Assembly (NCBI GenBank): GCA_045837725.1
Contig: JBEWZL010000003.1
Coordinates: forward strand, 248,001 to 312,000
From: Vermamoeba vermiformis
Lineage: Eukaryota
Direction: 5' to 3'
Length of the DNA: 64,000 bases
Positions 1 to 11,041 of this stretch are shown here, in pieces. Made by a program: the position numbers and the translations under genes. The notes under the pieces are model-generated. The model ran no database searches. It worked only from the letters and a program-made list of their open reading frames with translations, and was not told the origin of the DNA. Each line of letters begins with the position of its first letter. Position 1 is the stretch's first letter.

Positions 1-2758
1 CCATCTATTTAAATAGACGTTAGACCAGTTTGTTTTCGTCGCACGTATTCTTATTTGACTTACTTGATTGCCATAGTTGCCGAATGGCGTGTACATTTGA
101 CCGCCCATGACCTGCGTGGATAAAGGTGCGCCATTGGGCATTCCGTTGCTATTGAACGGCTGTTGTTGCTGTGGCTGAGCTTGAGAAGCGAACATGTCCC
201 AGCCAGTAGGTCCTCTATTAACACTCGTATTATTGGCAACTGTCACTAAGGGAGGCATATTGTTCGGTTGAGAACCAGGGCTGGATCTGATCTCGGAACC
301 AATGGGCTCAGGACGAGCTTTAGAAGGCGATGCCACGTCAGTTTTGACGTTGTTGCTCGAGCTAGGCTTGAAAAGAATGACTTCTTCGTCCTCTTGATCC
401 ATTTGCGGTACTGGCTCCATAGACAAGTTGCTCGCGTCAATGTGCAGCATGCTGTTGTTGTTGGACGAGCCAAACGGGAAGTTGCCGTTAGCGAGCATGG
501 GCGAGTTCAAAAACTGTACACCGCTCTTGGGCAGTGATGAGATAGGCGTGCTTTGAATCTCCTCGGCATCCATGAGTGGTTGATTCGCTTTGAGTTGACT
601 CAACTTGTTCACAGCTTGGTCTACTGGCAATGAAACAGCATTAGAAACGCAACAGGACTAACTTTTGAATCAGACTTACCTTGAGTATTGATTTGATCGT
701 CATCCACGGACCTCAATGAGAACTTTCCGAGAGCAGTATTGTAGTACACGATCTTCTCGTCCTATTTAAAATGTTAATAAGACTAGGCAAGTCGCGTAAC
801 GTAAGGGACAGGACTTACAGTATCGGGTACTTGATAGTTAGCGAGAATCAGACCGAATGCTTTGATTTTAGTCATGCGCTTCAAGATGCCAAGTACGCGG
901 TCGTCAATGTTCATCGGGTTATTGTCCAACATGGCCGCGGCTTGGAAGTCCACCAATTGGAACGACTCTTTGAGAGGCAGAAAACCTTGAAGCTCGAGCT
1001 CTTCGACTAGAGGTCGCTTCATGCTGGCACTAATGTCTTCAGCCATGTTGTTCGCAAGAATTCCGAGAATGTAATTCAAGAACGAAGCTGTTGTCTCGCG
1101 CAATGCCATCCATTTAGCCTATTGATAGATTCGTTAGCACGTGATCATTTGAAATAATTATGATTCAATTACCTCGGAGAACTCTGACTTTTTGAGGTAT
1201 AAGCAGTTGTATTTCATCCAATCGCTGAAGATGGACAACGGCTTCAACAATTTGGGCAGCTTTTGGTTAGCTTTAGTGATAACACGCATCGCAATCAAGT
1301 ACGTCTCCAAAGCCAAGGACAACGAGTACTTTTGAAGCTCAGTGCGCTGACCAATCTCAATGTAGCTCGGTGTGATACCGTCGGGCACAACATTGATGTT
1401 GTTGAACGTGAAGATATTGATCACGAAGATCTTCAACAGGACTTGTTCGTTGATGAGGTCCTTTCTTAACAACTGTTCATATTCGGATAAAGCCTTAGTT
1501 TCTAATTCAGGCCATGACTCCAAACTACAAAGACTCATTAGATCCAATTCAACTGACAGCAATACTTAGTTACTACGTACTTATTCTTCGTGAACAGAAT
1601 ACCGTGAAGTCGAACAAACTTGGATAAGAATGAACGAACCTCAGGCGCGATGTCAGCGTCTTCGATAAATTCTTTTTGTAACTTTCCACCACGACCACTA
1701 TACACGATAAAGGTTAGCTCTAGCGCTATAATATACTACTGCTATTAACGTACGATGATTGGGAAGAGGACTGTGAGCCTTCTACTTTAGCCTTATTCTT
1801 TTCGAGTAACACGTTAATGTTGTCACGTGCTGTCAAGAACGGATGCGTAACAGCCAAGCTGCGGAAGTAGTGATAAACAGCGTTGAAATCATCGTCGCAG
1901 TACGTGTTCAATACGGCGAGTTGATTGTGAGGATTACCCCACGACGGCATCAACTTCAACGCTCGTTTGTAGTAATTGGCGGAGGCCATCCAATCACGTG
2001 ACTTCGGGTTTACATCACGAATGTAGCGCGCTATAAATAGACCGATACTATTATTGTTTGAAAGAAGGTAATAGGACGGTTAAATTGACGTACCTAGATC
2101 TCCCAAATAGGTCAAACTTCGATGACAGCTTAAATATTGCTTGTACAAGGTGCTGTTAGTGTCTGAAATGTCCTCAGGCACGGGCTTATCGAGCTTTAGA
2201 TTGAAGGTCGATTGGAGTTTTGCAATGAAATTGTTGTAGAATTGACTGGAAGTCTCCAAGAATGCCTTGAAAGCAGATCCTGTTCGATCCGTGTTTTGGC
2301 TTTGTTGACTTTCTTGGCTTTTTGAAGTTGACTATTGAAGCAATTTTTATTAGAGGAAGTCGCTAATAATTGATTTATTGGACTTACCTTTCGCAGGCGC
2401 TTGCGGAACTCTTCGATCACTTTGTAGAATACGTTCTTCCACAAATTAATTTCAACATCTTTGCTAGTTGCAAATTCGTAGTCTAAAAATACGAGCTTCT
2501 CATAACTTTCTCTCAAACTAAATAAAAAATTAGTGGCAGATTCGCGAGAGCAGTCATAGAACTGTCACTTACGCATCACGGAGTTGAAAAGCTGTCTTAT
2601 CTAAAGGGCCACTCGCTTTAGACGCTGTTCGTAATTGCTTCTCTAACTCGAGAGTTTTACTAAAATAATTATTATTAAAATTAATTCTGAAGGTCTTCAA
2701 TAATTATTTAAAATTCTGCTTACGCAAATAATTGCTTGGTAATATCGTTTTCTTGCAT
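1..2758 (-). CDS. Est1/SMG5-SMG7 family (14-3-3-like TPR) NMD/telomerase-associated protein; multi-exon, 3' end runs off the window
   Basis: Spliced reading MQENDITKQLFA|KTLELEKQLR...LRESYEKLVFLDYEFATSKDVEINLWKNVFYKVIEEFRKRL (EST1 domain) and YYKRALKLMPSWGNPHNQLAVLNTY...AVYHYFRSLAVTHPFLTARDN (EST1 DNA/RNA-binding motif). No PIN domain is visible within the window. Confidence 0.85.
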
Positions 2759-3084
2759 TAATCGTGATAGAGTTACATATAGCGTCGAGAAAAAAAACAG
2801 ATTTCGTTACTCCACACGATCCAAACAGAGCTTCCTTTAGAACCGTTTTAAATCTGCTAATAAATCTGTACTGCACTAGTCCTTTACAAGACTGCTGTTG
2901 TTTACACGCTAGAGGGAAAAATAAAAAACAAAACCACGAACAGACGAACTCCGCGAAACCCAGCGGGGCACGAGAAGGAACGTGAAACGGTTCGCCACTA
3001 ACATTTAGTGCCAAACTAATGCCTTCACCATCTTACTGTCAACCAAGGCGACAAAATTCTCCCACAATTTTTTTCAATTTCTTT

Positions 3085-3290
3085 GGTCGCTAGATCAAAT
3101 TGGTCAGATCACCATCTTCTATTCTGACATTTGTCTGCCCGCATCGCGTTTATGGTGCACCATTGGCCTTCGGGAGGAGTCCTGGAGGTCGAGGGTGATA
3201 ATGCAAGATGAACCGCCCGAGGCTGGTGACAGAGCAGGGAAAAGTCTTCGCCGAGATGAGCGATGGGATAACAGACGGGTGTCTTATCTT
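3085..3290 (+). ncRNA. Signal recognition particle (7SL/SRP) RNA: S-domain with helices 5, 6 and 8; 5' end atypical
   Basis: Helix 6: CACC..GGCCTTCGGGA-GGAG-TCCTGGAGGTC..GGTG, GNAR loop at 3176-3179. Helix 8: AAGAT-GAACCGCCCGAGG-CTG-GTGA-CAG-AGCAGGG-AAAA-GTCTT, with GNRA loop at 3226-3229 and the SRP54-binding AGG/AGCA internal loop. Helix 5: GACATTTGTCTG/CAGACGGGTGTC and CATCGC/GCGATG, whose G-U pairs only work on the + strand. Followed by a T9 run. Confidence 0.85.
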
Positions 3291-3297
3291 TTTTTTT
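3289..3297 (+). terminator. Pol III oligo-T terminator of the SRP RNA gene
   Basis: T9 run a few nucleotides after the 3' strand of helix 5. Confidence 0.6.
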
Positions 3298-3458
3298 CCG
3301 TAAATGGTGAACATTCACGATGATAATCTGCTTTTTAGGTCATGACGAGGATTTTGTACGAAAGGGTACTGGCGGACGTAGAATCCTAAAGTGCAAGAGG
3401 CCTCTTTTGGACCAAATTAAAGAGTCTGTTTAATAGTTGAATCTCGTTGGTTTTTATT

Positions 3459-6400
3459 CTAATATCTATCATACCAGTAGGAATTATACGAGCTTGTATC
3501 TGTAGTCGTAGAAATTCGTCAGTACAAATCGCCTATCTCGCCATCAACCAATAGCCTTACCTCTAACTCGGCTTAAGCCAGGCTGTAATGATGCTAAATT
3601 CATATAACCTTCGTTCATTTTAGCGCCCTTTGCCTTCGCCTTGCCTCCTTTCAACGGCGTGTCTTCGGGCCACGCAGCACGACAATAAACGCACGTGACG
3701 TCTCTGTGACTGGTTTTGGCTTGTGATTTCCACTGGTTGAAACACTCCTCTAGTAGATAAAATACCTTGTAAGGAATGACATACTATCAAACCGCCAAAA
3801 AGACTCACCGTGTAAGTTTTGACCGCAGCTTGTCTTGCACCACACTAACTTGTCGTTGGCTTTCAAATCTTCGTAGCAAATAGGACTAGACGAATATGCT
3901 ATCAATATATACTAGTCCACGTCTTAAAATGATATCAATACTCACCACATCGAATCGTCGATCGGCTTTCGTTTAACTGATCCGTCATCATCCTCGTTTG
4001 CCTTCTTTTCGGGAGTCTTACCCATGACTTTGTCAAACGTATCTCGAACGTTCTTGGATGCCTATAATCATATTATTACGATAATTAACATAAGTTAACT
4101 TCGCCTTTGTTACGTACAAGTACAGCGGTGGGCTTCGCTGGGGCACTCTTGAAAATCGACTCCAGTTCTTCAGTCAACAGCGCATTTTGATATATTAATT
4201 GTGAGTCTGACGGCACGCGCAGTACTTTCAAGAAAACAAAGAGCTACAAGAAAAAAGAAGTTAGATCTAAATGCCAGGAAGTTTGAGATGGGCCCGCTGC
4301 AATTAGAACGGCTCTTGAGTGCACTGAGAGTGTTAGACTTTGAAGAACCAACGGCAGTGCCACTAACTGCTGCTCACGAACTTACAATGTGCTTGCATAG
4401 ATTTCCTTTGGCGTGATCAGGACAAGTACACGAAGGAATGTGCGATATCGTTACTGTATAGACATTGCCCACAGAACCGAGTACATAAAACTTCTGCTCA
4501 TGTGGATTCGTTGGTGGATCTCGATCGATCAAGTACATGCGTTGCTGCTGTGCTCTGTAAATTCTATCACGAATCGCCTTAAAGTTACCATTGTTAACGA
4601 CCGAACAATGACTTGTCTAAACAACGTACTTGCGTAGGCGCGGATCTGAACCTGCCCAACCGCTTTTCTGGTTTTGCCTTTGGAGCTTTCGGCTGCTTCT
4701 ATTAAGAACAGTTATAGTTACAAATAATACTAATCGAAACTCTACCGACGACTATCGCTTAAAAAATTTAATATAAACAGTTTATTTAAAAAGGGAATTG
4801 TCGGCAAAATCGATTTTATACCTTGCTTTCGCCTGATTCAGCGACAACTTGTTGCTGTGGCGCATCAGCAACGAGTTGCTCAGCAGCATGTTGCACGGAA
4901 GCGTGTGGTTCCTCGTGGTGCGAGACAGCTTCGTGGCTGAGGCTGTGGTTTTGAACCAAGTGCTGCTTTTGTTGCTCGTGAACGGCGTCATATTGAGGCT
5001 TAATGTCGTGCTCGACTTTGTCTTCAACTCCATTGTGAGTACCGTTAGCGTAATTAGACTTGGAAGCGTGATTGCTCAAATAATCTAACGGAGACAACTG
5101 TTGAGTGTCAACGGGCTTCTGTTGTTGCTGTTGAGGCATTTGCGAAGTCATGGGCTGCAATTGTTGCATTTGCGAGTATTGTTGTGCCATTGGATTCATT
5201 GACGACATTTGAGACATTTGGGACATTTGCTGTCCTTGTTGGTGCATCATAGCTTGAGGAAGCATTTGCGAGTATTGTTGCGCCATTGGGTTCATGGGTA
5301 TCGGCAACGATGGATACTGTTGAGGCAAACCATAAGTGCCCTGTTGCATATGAGGAGGCATAGCGTATTGGTTAGGCATTTGATAACCAGGAAGCATTTG
5401 CGCGTATTGCTGCCCCATCGGGCCCATGGATATCGGCATTTGATACATGTTCATGGCTGCTTGTTGTGCTTGAGGCATTTGGGTGGTGAATGCGCGTTGT
5501 TGCATAGGCGAGTGTTGTTGCATGGGAAGAGGTGTTCGGGTTTGAGCCAAAACTGAGGCCGGAGAAGATCCGATCGAGCTCGATTGTACGGCAGGAGACT
5601 TAGGCAAGCCAGCAGATGATTGACGCTTGCTAGGAGTCTTTTGCTTCTTTCGAGGACGCTCATCCTCTTCCTCGCCAGAATGGTAAGAGGCATCGTCTTC
5701 TTTGTCTTCGTCGTTCTCTTCTTCGTTGTAATCGTACTCCAACGAGATCTTGCGCTTTCTCAAACGTTTCTATAATATAACCGTTAATAATCTATTACAT
5801 CGTGCATATCGATAAATTAAATTCGAACTTCACTGTGAGTTAAATCCACTTACCGTCGGCAGCGAGGATTCGCTCGTTACAATAGTTTCAGTTTGCTCAA
5901 CAGGTTGTACGCCTTCGGGCAAAGGAATTGTAACCTTTTCAACTTCGCCATTCAATGGCAACTAGAGATGAAATGAATGATTAGTTTTCGGTCGCTTCAA
6001 CCAAATCCGGATCTTAATAAATAAAAAAGAGCCGCGTTGAACGAGCAGTAGAGATGAGTAATAAACATTCTCTCTTTCATTAAATAATATTTTATGGCTA
6101 TAAACTTAATTGATAAAGATCTGCCAATGACAAAATATCGAAATAATAATTCCATGCCAATTAGGAAGAATAAGACATGCTAATGAAAGTCATGTCATTC
6201 TACTAGCCATTTATTTCAATAGTTGCTCTTTTTTCTCGCGCAGTTAAAATCCGATGTAAAATCTGAAAAGTTCAAACGGAGGAGAAAGAGCCGAATATTT
6301 GTGCGTTAGAATTAAATAATGTATGAGTACTTATTTCTATATTCATTTCTCTTTTATAATAAAGCCACGTACCTTCTCATCGAAGTGCGTTGCGCGACGT

Positions 6401-6474
6401 CGATGCTGAGCCAAACCACGGTCAGTATCAAAGAGTTTTTCGCAACCAGGCCAAGGGCACTTGAGCTTTTCCAT
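3459..6474 (-). CDS. SWIM zinc finger + RING finger protein (ZSWIM2/MEKK1-SWIM-like E3 ligase) with N-terminal C2H2 finger and Q/M/P-rich low-complexity region; multi-exon
   Basis: Exon 1 reads MEKLKCPWPGCEKLFDTDRGLAQHRRRATH (C2H2). The 4816-5763 exon is Q/M-rich and ends at a GT donor. Then FYVLGSVGNVYTVTISHIPSCTCPDHAKGNLCKHI|LFVFLKVLRV (SWIM), PICYEDL..LVWCKTSCGQNLH|EECFNQW...VTCVYCRAAW (RING), and a C-terminal EGYMNLASLQ..DTSSYNSYWYDRY*. Confidence 0.8.
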
Positions 6475-7020
6475 TGTTCTTCGCTTTCTTATCGGAAAAC
6501 AATGACCAGAGTAAAGAGAGCAATTGTTTTTAACGTTGGCGCCTCTTTTGTCCCAAGACCATACGGGAACTCAATTACTTTATCATTTGTAAACATATGC
6601 GTATATTAGGAAAGAGAGGTGAATTTATTCCTTCTTTTCGTTTTAAGTACAGATCTCAAATGGATCCCGAGCCTTTTCGAAACCGTTGCTTATCAACCAA
6701 TTAATTCCGTAATTTTGTAGACGACTAGATGCGATGTATTGCTATACGAAAAGGTAGAATCATACTTATTCAATTCAGTAGAATTGCATTACGATAACGC
6801 GAATCTCAAACCTCCGCTCTTTTGCGGAAGAACGGAGCGATAATATACATGTCCGTACCCTACTAATAAATTGCAAATTACAATATCCCGACAATTGAAT
6901 TGGAGTGACGAGGATAAATTTGCCTGATCTGGAATACAAAACACGTTCCTTTGTGTTTGATTTGTGCTACCACATCACTCCGAATCTTTCTTATTATGAA
7001 CCTGTGCACGCACTTTTCGC

Positions 7021-10000
7021 ATGGAGTCCGCTAAGAAAATACCATCACTCGAAGCCTTGCAAAAGCTTACCGACATCAAAGTACGCGTTTCGTGATCGGG
7101 TTCAAATACCGTCAGCACTCCTCGTATTAAGCCCAATTATTTATATATTGCATTTTGTAGGAAATTAAAGCGTTATACGATGCAATTTGCTTGGAAGAAG
7201 AACGAGTAGATGGCGAACTTGAAGAAATATTAGAAAAAAATTCAAAAATTCAGGGTGAACTTGAAAATATACAAAAACTACCGTACGTATTTTAATATAA
7301 TATTGCTCACTATTTATTCTGATAATTAATATGAAATAATTTGGTTGTTGATATTTTCAATTGTTGACGTCACCTCTAATTACTTCAAATAGCCTCAAAA
7401 TTGAACCAATTATTGAAGATACTAAGTCACTCGAGGATGCTATTAAAGAGACGGGTAATCTCGCCGAATCATTGAGCAAGAAAGTGCGAGAAATAGATCG
7501 CGTCAGAGTAAGCTTTCTTATATTCTAGAATATAGCACCCATTAAATATGCACCCATAAACAACATTATTTTCGCTTGTTTATAAACTGATTTGATTATA
7601 CCTAATTTGATCAAACGCAGGAACGAGTGCTGCTGGCCACGCAGAAAATTCAAGATATTATCGACTTGAAGGTAACATTACATACTGCCATATATTTCTT
7701 ATTTCTCTAGGCGGCATTTTCTATTATTAAAACATAATACTGATTTCTTCTAATGACTAGAAATGTGTTGAAGGTGTGCAACAAGCGATGTCGAACAAAG
7801 AATACGAACAAGCTGCAGATTATATTTCGAGGTACGAATTGATTATTTATTAATGTAGAGTATCATATATGCATTATCCCATGCTTGCCTGCTTTGCATC
7901 ATTCGAAGACGCGAGATCCCGTTGCAACGGGATCCACAACTTCAGTTCCGTTTGATTTATGTAATTAATGCTTAGGTACTTGACTATTGGCGATGAATCG
8001 ATATTAGAGCAATCGACCATTGAACTCTTCGAGCACGTGCAACAAGAGCTGAAGGTTGTAGTCGGAAAAGAATTGGACGAAGGCCTGTCTAAGAACAATC
8101 ACGATATCATCTTGAGGTACGCCAGCTTATTAGATTTAAATACACGGCCATACTTAACAATATATTGTCATCTTTAGGTACAGCAAGATTTACCTAACAC
8201 TTGGCATGCGTCACGAAGCCATCACTGCATTCTCAACGTACTTGTCACGTGAACAAGAAGAGGAAATGAACCAGATCTACGCTGAATGTCAAAAACACCG
8301 CAGTAAGTAAAGCAATATGATAGTATAGGCATTTCTTATGGTTATTAATAACGTCGTATTGTAGGACAATTACTTGATGATGGCGCGAGAGAAAAAGTTT
8401 CATACGCGGCGGTACTGTCACAACTCATAGGAAGATTTCAACGACGGTTTAAAGTAAGTACATCATAAGCATATTATTGTATAATTGTGTGTATGACAAG
8501 TGTATTGTCATATTCGAAATTATCATCGGATCTAACTTTAATTTTAATACTAAAGAAACAAAAAGATATGATCGAAAAAGATTTTGGTCCCGATGGTGTA
8601 TTACGAGCCTTGATTACACTGCATTATCTATTGGAACGTCAGATCTTGAACTTCGTAGATCTGTTTCAAAAAGATTGGCACCTCAATGAAGTCGTAAGTT
8701 GGATGATATTAACCTTAACAGAATTGTGCTTATACATTCCAATAGATTAGCAGTATTGCCGAGAATAAGCCAAAACAATCGGCGTTTATTCTGCAAGACG
8801 ACTCAACGAAGAAAGATCCACGAGAGTTGTCGCCGTTGTTGGATCAGATCGGCTTGATTTCTCAAAATATAGAAATTCATATGAAATATATGAAGATATT
8901 AATGACGGTAAGTTTAATTAAATCTTCACTAAAAACCATCGGTCGTCGCTCACTTTCCTTTTTTTAGAAATCGCAAGAAGCTTTGCAAGCCAAACTGGAC
9001 AGCATGGCTAATTCAAACAAAAAGCTCGATAATGTTGAGTTCTTAAAAGAGACAGCATCGAAAGACTTGGCGATCTTATTGAGGAGGTGCAAATTGAACG
9101 AACGAATTAGCGAGTTGTTGCTCGATAAGGCGATGAAATTGGAGCAATATTTCGTTCAAGAAAGCGTTAAAAAGGCTATTAAAGCGGAACAATACAACGA
9201 AGGAACATCGTCCTCATTCGTCGACGAAGTTTTCTTCATTTTCAAACAAAGCGCGGAACGGTAAGTTCGACCATCAATCTCCTTACGATACAATTGCTAA
9301 TCGCTTAAATAGTGGTAAAATGAGCCACAATGCCGACTGTATGTGTGCTATTATTAAGTTGATAGAAAACACGTTGGACGGTCAGTTCAAAGACGCGCTG
9401 TTCCAGAGCTCTCGCGCGTCAAAAACTGCTCAAACTACGATGGTACGGCACTTCTTAAACTACACTAACTCCATAATTAACGTCTTTTTAGATGGTTTTG
9501 AATCATATCGAACAAAGTGCCGATTACGTGTTGAAGTTGAAAGAAGACATTGAAGTCCCGTCAGCAAGAATTTTCGGACCCGTTACGTCTTCGCAAAAGG
9601 CTCAGCCTGTCCCGCCAAGCCCTCGTGTCGTCGAACAGTCTGTTCAAGTTACCGACCCAATCCTTAACAAGATTAAGACGTGCTTAGAAGACCTCGCTGA
9701 GACGTCGAAAAAGTTCAAAAACATGCTGCAAGCCAATGTCGAGATGTTGTCCTCGTCTCTTCACACCAAGTTGAAGTCGCTATTTGATCCATTTGCAGCC
9801 CCTGCCGTGCACTACGTGCTCACAGAAGACGAGTTCAATCACTACCAGATCAACGATCCGTTCTTCTTGTCAACACTGATACCGAACCTGGACGTCGTGT
9901 TAATGCCCTACAGCGAGACTCTTTCTCCTACTTTGATGGACATGTTCATTCAACAAGTCACGCGGTTTGTAGCAGAAAGTGCGGAACAAATCGTATTCAC

Positions 10001-10386
10001 GAAGCGATTCAACCAAGTATGTCACATCCAGCTCGTGTACGAGATCCGATCTAACCCTTTGTGTAGTTGGGTGCTGAACAATTAGACAAAGACTTGCGGG
10101 TGCTTCAAAGCTACTTCACTAAACACAGTAAAAAGAGCGTACGCGACAAGTTCTCGCGACTAAATCAGATCGCTTACATTTTGAACTTCGACAAGGTAGG
10201 AAATTAATTCACCAGGAAGCTTGGGCCAGACACATATTAACACGTCTATAGGTCACTGAAATATTGGATTACTGGGGAGATAAGGCCGGACAAATGACGT
10301 GGCGCCTTACCCCAGTTGAAGTGCGTCGTGTGCTCAGTTTGCGCACAGATTTCGATCGAGAACAGATCAAACGCCTACCGTTGTAA
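7021..10386 (+). CDS. COG4: Conserved oligomeric Golgi complex subunit 4; multi-exon
   Basis: Starts [27 protein letters not shown]. Contains [36 protein letters not shown] and the C-terminal [16 protein letters not shown]...[48 protein letters not shown] typical of COG4. Confidence 0.92.
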
Positions 10387-10721
10387 TGTAAATAACTTTC
10401 AAAGCCAAAAAGATTCTCGTACGGTGTGGCGGGACCACTTCTTCCTTTGTGATCAGCGTCAAAACAGCTGTAGATACTCGGAATCAGAGGCAGATCTAGA
10501 CGGGTGTGTACGAGTACGATGAAATCGCTGGGTAATGAATCTGCGAAAATTAGCAGAATAAATACCCAGCCTGTTCGGCTTTCCATTGTCCGAGAGTAAA
10601 AAAAAAAGGAAAAAAGCAGATCTACTCGGGTGCCGAAACAGCATTAAATTACGTAAAGCCAAAAGTGAGGGAAAGACGAACTGGAATTTGATAGAGACGA
10701 GGATAAAAGCAAAAAAGTATT

Positions 10722-10805
10722 CGACGTCGATGGGATTCGAACCCATGCGGGACAAGCCCAATGGCTTAGCAGGCCACCACCTTAAAACCACTCGGTCACG
10801 ACGTC
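10722..10805 (-). tRNA. tRNA-Ser(GCT)
   Basis: Cloverleaf with GACGTCG/CGACGTC acceptor stem, anticodon arm GTGGC-CTGCTAA-GCCAT, long variable arm, T-loop GGTTCGAATCC, and a downstream T6 terminator. Confidence 0.97.
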
Positions 10806-11041
10806 TTGCTTGGAAAACTTTCATCGGGGGCAAGTGAGGTCGTCGAAAAGACCCTCGATACACTGCAGCAGCATTCCTAGGGCTGGTAGTAGCGTTAGAG
10901 GTTGATATAATGGGTCTCGGTTTTACCACTGGTGGATGCAGGCCTTTCCGAAGTGACGAATATTACAACCCTTCAAGACGAAGGCCAATTTACGAGACAA
11001 GTTGCGATATAAACATCATTTATCTCTACATACAATAAGCA

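Noticed and set aside
3085..3420. A complete tRNA-Arg(TCT) with the SRP RNA as its intron
   Set aside because: No T-arm/B-box (GTTCRA) or full acceptor 3' strand is found downstream, and the T9 run would stop Pol III first. Only the 5'-half resemblance is supportable.
10468..10507. CTGTAG..TACTCGG (Alu-like) plus AGACGGGTGT shared with the SRP 3' strand, suggesting a split SRP Alu piece
   Set aside because: There is no loop-loop complementarity, the shared 10-mer is the wrong strand for trans-pairing, and such a match is plausible by chance.
10527..10570. ATGA...AAAA...GA hairpin downstream of COG4 resembling a SECIS element
   Set aside because: The stem above the ATGA is only about 5-6 bp rather than about 11-12, there is no proper GA quartet partner, and I saw no in-frame TGA in COG4.
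10269..10929. ORF-track ORFs overlapping tRNA-Ser, and ORF 52835-53362 overlapping tRNA-Pro
   Set aside because: Spurious frames across tRNA genes or antisense to real exons.
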